Below are positions 56,139-64,000 of a DNA stretch of 64,000 nucleotides, piece after piece. The translations under genes were made by a program, and so were the position numbers. How positions within the stretch are numbered: the stretch's first letter is position 1; each line of letters opens with the position of its first letter. This DNA is from Myxococcales bacterium. Lineage in GTDB: Bacteria > Myxococcota_A > UBA9042 > JABWCM01 > BTVJ01. Where the stretch lies: positions 32,001 through 96,000 of the forward strand of contig BTVJ01000006.1 of NCBI GenBank assembly GCA_045863395.1, read 5' to 3'. Under the pieces are notes generated by a model, which was not told the origin of the DNA, searched no databases, and saw only the letters and a list, made by a program, of their open reading frames with translations.

Positions 56139-57854
56139 ATGGGAGCGAAGATTCACGGGGGGCGCCTGGTCGCCCGGGCGCTGGCCGCGGAGGGGGTCGA
56201 GTGCCTGTTCACGCTGTGTGGCGGGCACATCCAGTCCATCTACGACGGGTGCCTCGACGAGGGGATCCGGGTCGTCGACGTGCGCCACGAGCAGACCGCG
56301 GCCCACGCGGCGGACGGCTGGGCGAGGGCGACGGGGCGGCCGGGCGTCTGCGCCGTCACTGCGGGCCCCGGCGTCACGGATGCCGTCACCGGGCTCGCCA
56401 ACGCGTACCGCGCCAACGTGCCGCTCGTGATCTTCGGCGGCGCGGGCCCCCGCGTGTTCCGTGACATGGGCTCCCTCCAGGACATGAACCACCTGGAGCT
56501 GGTGCGGCCGGTGGTGAAGTGGGCCGCGTCCGTCGACGAGACGCGGCGGCTGGCGGAGTACGTGTCCATCGCTTTCCGCAAGGCGACGACGGGCGTGCCG
56601 GGCCCGGTGTACCTGGAGGTCCCCCTCGACGTGCTCATGGAGTTCGTGGACCCCGAGAAGGTGCCCATGCCCCGCAACTACCGCACCGAGGCCCGCCCGG
56701 CCCCGGACCCGGTCTACCTGGAGCGGGCGGTGAAGCTGCTCTCTGAGGCGGAGCGCCCCATGGCCATCGTCGGGTCCCAGCTCCGGTGGTCGCGCGAGCC
56801 CATCGCGACGCTGACCCGGTTCCTGGACACGACGGGCATCCCGACCTTCGTCAACGGCATGGCCCGCGGCATGGTGGATCCGGACGGCCCGCACTTCCTG
56901 AACCGCTCCCGCAAGGCCGCCCTGAAGAGCGCCGACGTGGTCGCCATCTTCGGCACGCCCTTCGACTTCCGGCTGAGCTACGGCCAGTCGACGGGGATCC
57001 ACCCGGGGACTCAGTCGGGGGGCTCCGGCAGCGTCATGCTCCAGCTCGCGAGCCCCGTCATCAACAAGAGCGCGAAGATCATCCAGGTCGACCTGGATCC
57101 GGACGAGATCGGCCGAAACCGCGTCGAGGGCGTCGAGGTGGGCTTCGTGGGGGACACGGGGCTCACGCTGGCGGCCCTGGCCGACGGGCTCCCGGGGAAG
57201 GCTGGGGCGTTGGTGGACTGGAACGCGAAGCTCCGCGCCGACGAGCAGAAGGCGTGGGACAAGATGCTCGTCCAGATGGCCGCCGAGGGCGATCCGCCGA
57301 ACCCCCTGCGGGTGTGCGCGGAGGTGGGGCGGTTCCTGTCGCCGGGGGACGTGGTCGTGGGGGATGGCGGCGACTTCGTGGCGACGGCGGCGTACACCAT
57401 GAAGGTCTTCGGGGTGGGCACCTGGATGGACCCGGGGCCGCTCGGCACCCTGGGGGTCGGCCCCGGCTACGCCATGGCTGCCAAGCTGGCGCGCCCGCAG
57501 GCGAAGGTCGTGCTGATGTACGGGGACGGCTCCTTCGGGTTGCACGCCATGGAGTTCGAGGCCATGGCGCGCCAGGGGATCCCGGTGGTCGCCGTCATCG
57601 GCAACGACGCGGGCTGGACCCAGATCCTGCGCGGCCAGCGCGACATCTACGGCGAGGCGCGGGTCGTCGCCACCCGCCTCGACTACACACGCTACGAGAA
57701 GATCGTCGAGGCGTGCGGCGGCCACGGCGAGTGGGTCGAGACCTGCGCGGACCTGCGCCCGGCCCTGGAGAGGGCCTTCGCGTCGGGCAAGCCCGCGTGC
57801 GTCAACGTGAAGATCGGTTCGAGCGACTTCCGCAAGGGCTCGATCAGCGTGTGA
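56139..57854 (+). CDS. Thiamine-pyrophosphate enzyme (acetolactate synthase-like / 2-hydroxyacyl-CoA lyase family)
   Basis: FTLCGGHI, VRHEQTA, TAGPG, PGPVYLE.P.D, DPGPLGTLGVG, GDGSFG...N TPP motif. Confidence 0.9.
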   Translation: MGAKIHGGRLVARALAAEGVECLFTLCGGHIQSIYDGCLDEGIRVVDVRHEQTAAHAADGWARATGRPGVCAVTAGPGVTDAVTGLANAYRANVPLVIFGGAGPRVFRDMGSLQDMNHLELVRPVVKWAASVDETRRLAEYVSIAFRKATTGVPGPVYLEVPLDVLMEFVDPEKVPMPRNYRTEARPAPDPVYLERAVKLLSEAERPMAIVGSQLRWSREPIATLTRFLDTTGIPTFVNGMARGMVDPDGPHFLNRSRKAALKSADVVAIFGTPFDFRLSYGQSTGIHPGTQSGGSGSVMLQLASPVINKSAKIIQVDLDPDEIGRNRVEGVEVGFVGDTGLTLAALADGLPGKAGALVDWNAKLRADEQKAWDKMLVQMAAEGDPPNPLRVCAEVGRFLSPGDVVVGDGGDFVATAAYTMKVFGVGTWMDPGPLGTLGVGPGYAMAAKLARPQAKVVLMYGDGSFGLHAMEFEAMARQGIPVVAVIGNDAGWTQILRGQRDIYGEARVVATRLDYTRYEKIVEACGGHGEWVETCADLRPALERAFASGKPACVNVKIGSSDFRKGSISV

Positions 57855-57884
57855 CGTGCATCGGAGGGACGACCGTCTCGCCCG

Positions 57885-59168
57885 TCAGGCTGCGAGCCGC
57901 CGGTCGTGCGCCCGCTGCTTGAAGTGCTGGCCGATGAGCATGAACAGGGTGGCGAAGGCCGCGGGCGCCACGACCCAGAGTGACCAGGGCAGCACTCCGG
58001 CGATGGCGGCCAGAAGGAACATCATCACGAAGGCGTCCTTGCGGAAGAGGGTCTTGAAGAAGCCGAGCGTGCGGTGGAGCCACGTCGCGGCCTCCCTCTC
58101 TTCTTGCGTGAGGGTCTCCGTCTGGAAGGTCCACTGGAAGGCGAGGATGTCGCCGCGCCCGTTCTGGATGCACCACCTGTAGTAGTAGGCGGTCACGAGG
58201 CCCATGGGCACCGCCGTCGCGGCCCCCAAAGCGAGCCACGAGGCGTCGCCCGTCATGCGCCAGGCGCCGATGGCGACGCCGATGAAGAAGGCCTGGTTGG
58301 AGAGATCGTCGCTGATCGTGTCCAGCCACTCGCCGAGCACGCTCGCCTGGATGCGCATGCGCGCCAGCTCCCCGTCCACGCCGTCGAGGATCGAGTTCGC
58401 CTTGAGGAGCGCCGCCGCGATCAGGAACGGCCAGTACCCCCCCATGGCCGCGATCACGCCGCCCGCCAGCCCCAGCGCCAGGTTCAGGAAGCTGATGTGG
58501 TTCGGGTCGATGCCGGTGTGCGCGATGCGGCGGCTGATGAAGAGGCTGACGTGGCGGTTCAGGTTGCGGCTGACGAAGCCGTCCAGGGGCTTGCGGCAGC
58601 CCTCCCAGAGCCGGTGGGCCGCGGCCTCCAGGGACGCCCGGTCCCGGATGCGCCCCGCCAGCTCCTTCGCGGGGAGCTCGCGCGCCGTGGGCGCCTCCGC
58701 CGCGTCGGGCCAGGTGGCCAGGAGCGCGCCCAGCGGTGCCCCGGGTCCGGCAGCAATCAGCGTGGCGGGGCGGCCCTCCACCGTGGTCACGACAAGCTCC
58801 CCGGGGCGCGGCGTGAGCGACAGGGTCCGCGCCGTGGCGCCGCGCTCGAAGACGTCCCAGACCGACGTGGCGAGAAACGGAGCGTCCTGGGCAGCGCACC
58901 AGCGCTGAATCGCCCCAGGTGCCTCTGATGGGTCGGAGACCGTGAGCCATCGCACCGGCGCGGGGGCGAGGCGCCCCGCCAGCGACGCGGCCAGCGCACC
59001 TTGCGCCGCGGCGGCGCACACGATGGTGACCTCGCGGGCGCCGACCGCCTGGGCGAGGCGTGTCTGCCGCTTGAGGAGCGGCACGCCCCCGACCGGGGTC
59101 TCGAGCAGGCTGGTGTCGCCGGGGGCTGAACCAGGGAGGGGCAGGGCGAGCAGCAGGGCGCGGTCCAT
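57885..59168 (-). CDS. CDP-alcohol phosphotransferase with degenerate N-terminal nucleotidyltransferase-like domain
   Basis: DG.VSR.LNR, PNHIS, DGVDGELAR...GEWLDTISD signature; N-terminal VGGVPLL.R without GxGxR. Confidence 0.85.
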   Translation of the reverse strand: MDRALLLALPLPGSAPGDTSLLETPVGGVPLLKRQTRLAQAVGAREVTIVCAAAAQGALAASLAGRLAPAPVRWLTVSDPSEAPGAIQRWCAAQDAPFLATSVWDVFERGATARTLSLTPRPGELVVTTVEGRPATLIAAGPGAPLGALLATWPDAAEAPTARELPAKELAGRIRDRASLEAAAHRLWEGCRKPLDGFVSRNLNRHVSLFISRRIAHTGIDPNHISFLNLALGLAGGVIAAMGGYWPFLIAAALLKANSILDGVDGELARMRIQASVLGEWLDTISDDLSNQAFFIGVAIGAWRMTGDASWLALGAATAVPMGLVTAYYYRWCIQNGRGDILAFQWTFQTETLTQEEREAATWLHRTLGFFKTLFRKDAFVMMFLLAAIAGVLPWSLWVVAPAAFATLFMLIGQHFKQRAHDRRLAA

Positions 59169-59295
59169 GGGGCGAGCATACTGGGCGTCGCTCCCGCAAG
59201 AGTCAATGAATCACCCTTGTTTGGGACCTTGAGCGTGGTGTAGCGTGCGCCGCGGCTCGGAGGCGGGCCACTCTCTGCGCGGAGGTCCCACGGAC

Positions 59296-60033
59296 ATGCG
59301 GCCGGACGTGAAGGCGGTCATCCTGGTGGCGGGCATCGGCAGCCGGCTTCGGCCGCACACCGACGACCGGCCGAAGTGCCTGGTGGAGCTCGGGGGAGAG
59401 CCGTTGCTCGGGCGGCTGCTGCGGCAGGTGGGGGCCGCCGGATGCTCCGAGGCGGTGCTGATCACGGGACACATGGACGAGGCCATCGACGCGTGGCTCA
59501 GCCGCACGCCGCTGCCGCTCCCCGTCGCCACGGTCTACAACGCCGAGTACGCGACGCTCGGTAACGCCCACTCCCTGCTCATGGCGCAGGGGGCCGTGCG
59601 CGGCCCGTTCGTGAAGCTCGACGGCGACCTGGTGATGAGCGATGGCCTGCTGGAGCGGCTCGTGGGTGCCTCCGGCTCCGCGATCCTCCTCGACCGGACC
59701 GTCGAGCTGGCGGACGAGGAGATGAAGGCCGAGGTGCGCGACGGCCGCGTCGTCGCCATGGGCAAGTGGCTCGACCCCTCCACGGCGACGGGGGAGTCCA
59801 TCGGGGCCGAGCTGATCGCTGGCGAGGACGCGGAGCGCCTGTTCCGGGCGCTGCGGCGGGTCGTCCACGAGGAGGGGCGTGGCGGCGTCTACTACGAGGA
59901 CGTCTACCACGAGCTGGTGCAGCAGGGGTGGGAGCTGGGCGCAGTGGACACGGCCGGGCTGCCGTGGACGGAGATCGACACGCCGGAGGATCTGGCGCGG
60001 GCCACGGCGATGCTGAGCGGGCGGGGGGCGTGA
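59296..60033 (+). CDS. Sugar/alcohol-phosphate cytidylyltransferase (LicC/IPCT family)
   Basis: AVILVAGIGSRL...PKCL, N.EY...N.HSL, DGD, EEMK, YYED, WTEIDT.EDL. Confidence 0.88.
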   Translation: MRPDVKAVILVAGIGSRLRPHTDDRPKCLVELGGEPLLGRLLRQVGAAGCSEAVLITGHMDEAIDAWLSRTPLPLPVATVYNAEYATLGNAHSLLMAQGAVRGPFVKLDGDLVMSDGLLERLVGASGSAILLDRTVELADEEMKAEVRDGRVVAMGKWLDPSTATGESIGAELIAGEDAERLFRALRRVVHEEGRGGVYYEDVYHELVQQGWELGAVDTAGLPWTEIDTPEDLARATAMLSGRGA

Positions 60034-60034
60034 C

Positions 60035-60979
60035 GTGGCCGAGACCAAGGAGATGTTCAAGCCCAAGGACGTCGAAGAGCTGATCGACTGGTACTTCCAC
60101 CGCCCCTTGGCGGCGCACCTGGTCCGGGTGGTGGAGCCGACGCCGCTGACCCCGAACCAGCTCACGGTGCTGGCGCTGATCTTCGGGTCAGCCTCGGGCT
60201 TCGCCTTCTACGCGGGGGGCACGAACAACGCCTGGGTGGTCGTTGGCGCCATCCTGTTGTTCTCCTCCATCATCTTCGACTGCGCCGACGGCCAGCTCGC
60301 GCGGGTGCGCGGCACGGCCAGCATGCTCGGGCGGGCGCTCGACGGCATCGCCGACTACTTCCCGACCATCAGCGCCTTCTATGGCCTCGCGTTCTTCATC
60401 CAGCAGCGCATGCCCGAGCTGGGGTGGTGGACCTGGATCCTCGGCTACTCGGCGGGCGCCAGCATGATCTGGCACTGCTTTCTCTACGACGGCATCAAGA
60501 ACGTCTACCTGCGCAACACCAAGCCCCCTGTGGACGGCATGTCCATGGGGTGGCTCGACATGGAGCGGGTCGAGGCGGAGTGGGCCGAGATCAAGCGCAG
60601 CGGTCGGATCCTGCTGTGGGCCATCTACTGGCTCTTCGTGGTGAACACCCGCGCCCAGCACAAGCACATCGCCAAGGAGCACGCCAAGGACGGACCGCTG
60701 ACGAGCAGCCCCGAGGAGCGGGAGATCTACCGCGACGCCTACTTGAGCTCCATGCGCCTGTGGTCCCACCTTGGCCTCGGGACCCACCTGTTCCTGCTGG
60801 TCACCGCGTCGCTGCTCGCAGCGATTCACCCTGGCGCGCCCCTGGTCATCTGGCTCATCATGATCGTGCCCATGAACGCGCTCACCCTGTGGCTGCTCGT
60901 CACGGCTCCCCGGCGTTACCGCCGGGTGCGGGCGACCATCCTGCAGAGAAGGGCTCTCGAGGCCGCGCGCGCAGCGTAG
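60035..60979 (+). CDS. CDP-alcohol phosphotransferase
   Basis: TPNQLT, DCADGQLAR...GRALDGIAD signature; multiple TM segments. Confidence 0.9.
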   Translation: MAETKEMFKPKDVEELIDWYFHRPLAAHLVRVVEPTPLTPNQLTVLALIFGSASGFAFYAGGTNNAWVVVGAILLFSSIIFDCADGQLARVRGTASMLGRALDGIADYFPTISAFYGLAFFIQQRMPELGWWTWILGYSAGASMIWHCFLYDGIKNVYLRNTKPPVDGMSMGWLDMERVEAEWAEIKRSGRILLWAIYWLFVVNTRAQHKHIAKEHAKDGPLTSSPEEREIYRDAYLSSMRLWSHLGLGTHLFLLVTASLLAAIHPGAPLVIWLIMIVPMNALTLWLLVTAPRRYRRVRATILQRRALEAARAA

Positions 60980-61021
60980 GTCGGGGGTGAGCGCGGGGGC
61001 GTCGGTTCCGCCTGGTGCGCC

Positions 61022-62389
61022 ATGTGGAGGCTCGCGATGCGGCTCGCACTCCCGTTGCTTGCGCTGCTCACCGTGGGGCCTGCGGCGGCGAGCCCCCTTG
61101 GACCGAACCGCGGCGACATCACAGGGGACGGGGCCGTCACCGTCGTTGACGTCAACTGCTTCATCGCTGCGGCGCTGGCCGCCCTCAGCGCGGATGACGC
61201 CCCGGCCTGCCAGGCAGTTCCAGACGCACAGGCGGACATGCAGTGCGACGGCGTCATCAACGTGGCGGACGTGCAGCGCGTCATCGTGGTGCGGTTGAAC
61301 CTGCTGGCGCCGGGGCCGGAGCTGGAGGCGCTGCTCGGCCCCGGTGACGCCGACCTGGACGGCCTCCACGACGCGTGCCCCAAGGACAAGGACAGCGACG
61401 GCGTCCTCGACGGAGTGGACGTGTGCCCGGAGGTCCCAAACCCCGGCCAGGAGGACATGGACGGCGACGGCGTCGGCGACGCCTGCGACGCGGACAACTG
61501 CACGGGCGTCGTGTGCGCCGATGGAGGACCCTGCACGCTGCCGGTCTGCGTCCCGGAGACCGGCGCGTGCGGGGTGGTCGCCCCCGACGGTCACCCCTGT
61601 GACGCGGACGGGAGCGGCTGCACCGCGGGCGATGCCTGCGTGTCGGGGCAGTGCGAGGCCGGTCCGGCGGTGGACTGCGGCGCCGCGGGCGACGCGTGCT
61701 CGGTGGGCCTCTGCGTCTCGACGGGGGCAGCGAGCTTCCTGTGCGCCTCCGACCCGACCCCTCTGGAGGGCGGGCCGTGCGACGACGGCGAGCCCTGCAC
61801 CATGGCGGACTCGTGCGAGGGGGGCTCCTGCGGCGGCCCGAGCTGGCCCGCGTGCGAGGACGCCACCGCCGGGCTCGTCTGCCTGCTCTCGGGCGCTGCG
61901 GGTGCTCAGGTTGCCTGCGCTGTCCACCTCGTCAGGGCCACGCAGCAGGAGCTCCCCGCGGTGAACCTCCAGGCCCACTGGAGCTGGGACACGGGCGCCG
62001 CGACCCTCGACGTGTTGCAGGACGGCACGAAGTGCTTCACGCCCACGTTCTGCGTCCCATGGTTGATCCCCACCTACTTCACGGCGCTCCAGTCGAACCA
62101 CCAGGTGAGCCTGACCCCGTCGAGCCCCGCGGCGTGGACCGGGAGCGGCTTCATGCTCATCGCAAACGCCCAGAGCACGAACGCGCCGCTCACGGACGCG
62201 TGGCTCGAGGGCCCGGTCGTGCAGGGAGACCCCGTCCTGCTCACCGCGCTCTTCACTTTGAAGGTCGACGTCGATGCGGCCGCGCCGGTCCCCGTCACCC
62301 TGTCCGGCATCGTGATGACCGACAAGGAGCTGCAGCCGCTCCAGGTGGACACCCTGAACCTGGTGATTCGGACCTCCCTGGCGCCATGA
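61022..62389 (+). CDS. Secreted protein: dockerin-like, TSP3 repeats, Cys-rich repeats, putative cohesin-like C-terminal domain
   Basis: Signal peptide; [13 protein letters not shown]...[23 protein letters not shown]...[21 protein letters not shown]; beta-sandwich tail. Confidence 0.75.
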   Translation: MWRLAMRLALPLLALLTVGPAAASPLGPNRGDITGDGAVTVVDVNCFIAAALAALSADDAPACQAVPDAQADMQCDGVINVADVQRVIVVRLNLLAPGPELEALLGPGDADLDGLHDACPKDKDSDGVLDGVDVCPEVPNPGQEDMDGDGVGDACDADNCTGVVCADGGPCTLPVCVPETGACGVVAPDGHPCDADGSGCTAGDACVSGQCEAGPAVDCGAAGDACSVGLCVSTGAASFLCASDPTPLEGGPCDDGEPCTMADSCEGGSCGGPSWPACEDATAGLVCLLSGAAGAQVACAVHLVRATQQELPAVNLQAHWSWDTGAATLDVLQDGTKCFTPTFCVPWLIPTYFTALQSNHQVSLTPSSPAAWTGSGFMLIANAQSTNAPLTDAWLEGPVVQGDPVLLTALFTLKVDVDAAAPVPVTLSGIVMTDKELQPLQVDTLNLVIRTSLAP

Positions 62390-62557
62390 GGCCAGGCGCC
62401 GGTCACAGTCGATACCGCTCCGTCGCCTCTCGGGACAAAGTTCGGGTTGTGAAATCCGGCCGAGTGGGCATCCTAGTCACCGTCGGCGCGTTTCTGCCGA
62501 CCGCGGTGCGCTTGCCCTTCGAGGGGGAGGCCCCCGCGAGACCCGTGTGGAGGCAGG

Positions 62558-64000
62558 ATGACAACGCTCCGAGTCGCGGTCCTCGTGACGCTCGTGCTGG
62601 CGACGACCGCGGCGACCGCGGCCATGGGCCCCAACCGGGGCGACATCAACGGCGACGGCGCCATCACGGTCGTGGACATCAACTGCTTCATCGGGGCGAC
62701 CCTGGCTGCGGCGAGCGGCGGCGCCACCCCGAGCTGCCAGGCGTCCGCCGACGCGCTGGTCGATCTGCAGTGCGACGGCGTCATCTCGGTGCTGGACGTG
62801 CAGCGGGTGATCCTGATTCGCCTCCATCAGCTCGCTCCGACGCTGGACATCGAGGCGCTGCTCCGAGTGGGAGACAGCGACTTCGACGGGCTCCACGACG
62901 GGTGTGAGGCGGACACGGACGGTGACGGCGTCATCGACGACGACGACCTCTGCCCGACGGTCCCCGACCCGCAGCAGCTCGACGTGGACGGCGACGGCGC
63001 CGGCGACGCGTGTGACCCTGACAACTGCACCGGGACTGTCTGCGCGGACGACGGCAACCCCTGCACCGCGAGCGCGTGCAACCCCGCAACGGGGCTCTGT
63101 GCGGAGCCCCTGCCCGACGGGACGGGCTGCGACGCGGACGGCGATGGCTGCACCGTCGGAGACGCTTGCGCCGACGGGGTCTGCGTTCCTGGTGCGGCGC
63201 CGGACTGCTCCTCGCTGAGCGACGCCTGCAACCTGGGGGCCTGTGTGTCCGGCGGGCCGGATGCCTTCGCGTGCGCCGCGGCGCCGTCCGCCGGTCCGTG
63301 CGACGACGGTGACGCCTGCACCAGCGGGGATGCGTGTTCTGATGGAGCGTGCGTTGCGGTCCCCATTCTCTGCCCAGACGACGGCAACCCCTGCACGTCC
63401 ACGACCTGCGACGCGGTGTTCGGCTGCCTGGACCTGCCCAACAGCGACCCGTGCGACGACGGCGAGGTGTGCACCGCCAACGACACCTGCGCTGAGGGAC
63501 AGTGCGTCGGTGTGCCGGACCCCGCCTGCCAGTGCGCGGGGACGGCCGACTGTGCCCAGTTCGAGAACGGCAACCTCTGCGACGGGACGCTCGTCTGCCA
63601 GGCGAACCAGTGCGTCGTGGATCCGTCGACCGTCAAGTCCTGCGCCCCCACCGGCGTCCCCTGCCAGGTGGCGGTCTGCCAGCCTGCCACGGGCCTCTGT
63701 CTGCCGCAGACGGCCGCGAATGGCGCTTCCTGCAACGACGAGGACCCGTGCACCCTCGGCGACATCTGCTTCGGGGGCTCCTGCGGTGGGACGTCCAAGT
63801 TCTGCCCCGACGATGGCAACCCGTGCGTCCTCGACGTGTGCGACGCTTCGACGGGCGCCTGCGGAGTGACCGCCGCCGCGGGGGCGCCCTGCGACGACGG
63901 GGACCTGTGTACGACCGGCGACCAGTGCGCTGGCGTTACGTGTCTTGGCGCTCCCACCCAGTGCGCCGACGACGGCAACCCGTGCACCACCGACGCCTGC
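62558..64000 (+). CDS. Paralogous secreted dockerin-TSP3-Cys-rich repeat protein (3' truncated by window; absent from the ORF track)
   Basis: GGAGG RBS, MTTLRVAVLV... signal, GPNRGDINGDGAITVVDINCF...DLQCDGVISVLD, TSP3 repeats, many DDGNPCT repeats; frame open to the window end. Confidence 0.8.
   Translation, partial: MTTLRVAVLVTLVLATTAATAAMGPNRGDINGDGAITVVDINCFIGATLAAASGGATPSCQASADALVDLQCDGVISVLDVQRVILIRLHQLAPTLDIEALLRVGDSDFDGLHDGCEADTDGDGVIDDDDLCPTVPDPQQLDVDGDGAGDACDPDNCTGTVCADDGNPCTASACNPATGLCAEPLPDGTGCDADGDGCTVGDACADGVCVPGAAPDCSSLSDACNLGACVSGGPDAFACAAAPSAGPCDDGDACTSGDACSDGACVAVPILCPDDGNPCTSTTCDAVFGCLDLPNSDPCDDGEVCTANDTCAEGQCVGVPDPACQCAGTADCAQFENGNLCDGTLVCQANQCVVDPSTVKSCAPTGVPCQVAVCQPATGLCLPQTAANGASCNDEDPCTLGDICFGGSCGGTSKFCPDDGNPCVLDVCDASTGACGVTAAAGAPCDDGDLCTTGDQCAGVTCLGAPTQCADDGNPCTTDAC

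Noticed and set aside
62390..62557. Possible riboswitch between the two dockerin genes
   Set aside because: Only short GC hairpins (GTCGGC...GCCGAC); no riboswitch consensus recognised. An Infernal/Rfam scan would settle it.

Overview
High-GC, gene-dense bacterial chromosome segment, most likely Myxococcota (inferred from a CdbA-like ribbon-helix-helix protein, many Cys-rich lipoproteins, a PP2C-cNMP phosphatase and an N-terminally extended LepB). About 57 CDSs and two tRNAs (Val-TAC, Asp-GTC). No CRISPR array, integrase, transposase or prophage is visible. Housekeeping genes (aspS, leuS, tdk, lepA, lepB, ggt, a DnaJ-class chaperone, HIT) alternate with accessory envelope genes. Most notable: (1) an 8-gene minus-strand locus (9253-17054) directly downstream of a fur gene, with two matching Fur-box-like palindromes, each behind a sigma70-like promoter. 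It encodes a GT-C-like membrane protein, a cupredoxin lacking copper ligands, a DUF4856-like lipoprotein, a porin, a lipoprotein, an FMN-binding (flavinylation motif) protein, a His-rich membrane protein and an FAD oxidoreductase, and is a candidate undescribed TonB-independent, possibly reductive, iron-uptake system. (2) Secreted proteins with dockerin-like modules, one of which also appears to end in a cohesin-like domain (a candidate non-cellulosomal cohesin-dockerin assembly). (3) An orphan motA/motB stator pair with a sigma28-like promoter, an altered rotor-contact motif and a dockerin gene right behind it. (4) A biotin carboxylase that has lost its catalytic motif. (5) A CDP-alcohol transferase/cytidylyltransferase cluster. 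All family assignments come from reading motifs by eye; no database searches were run.
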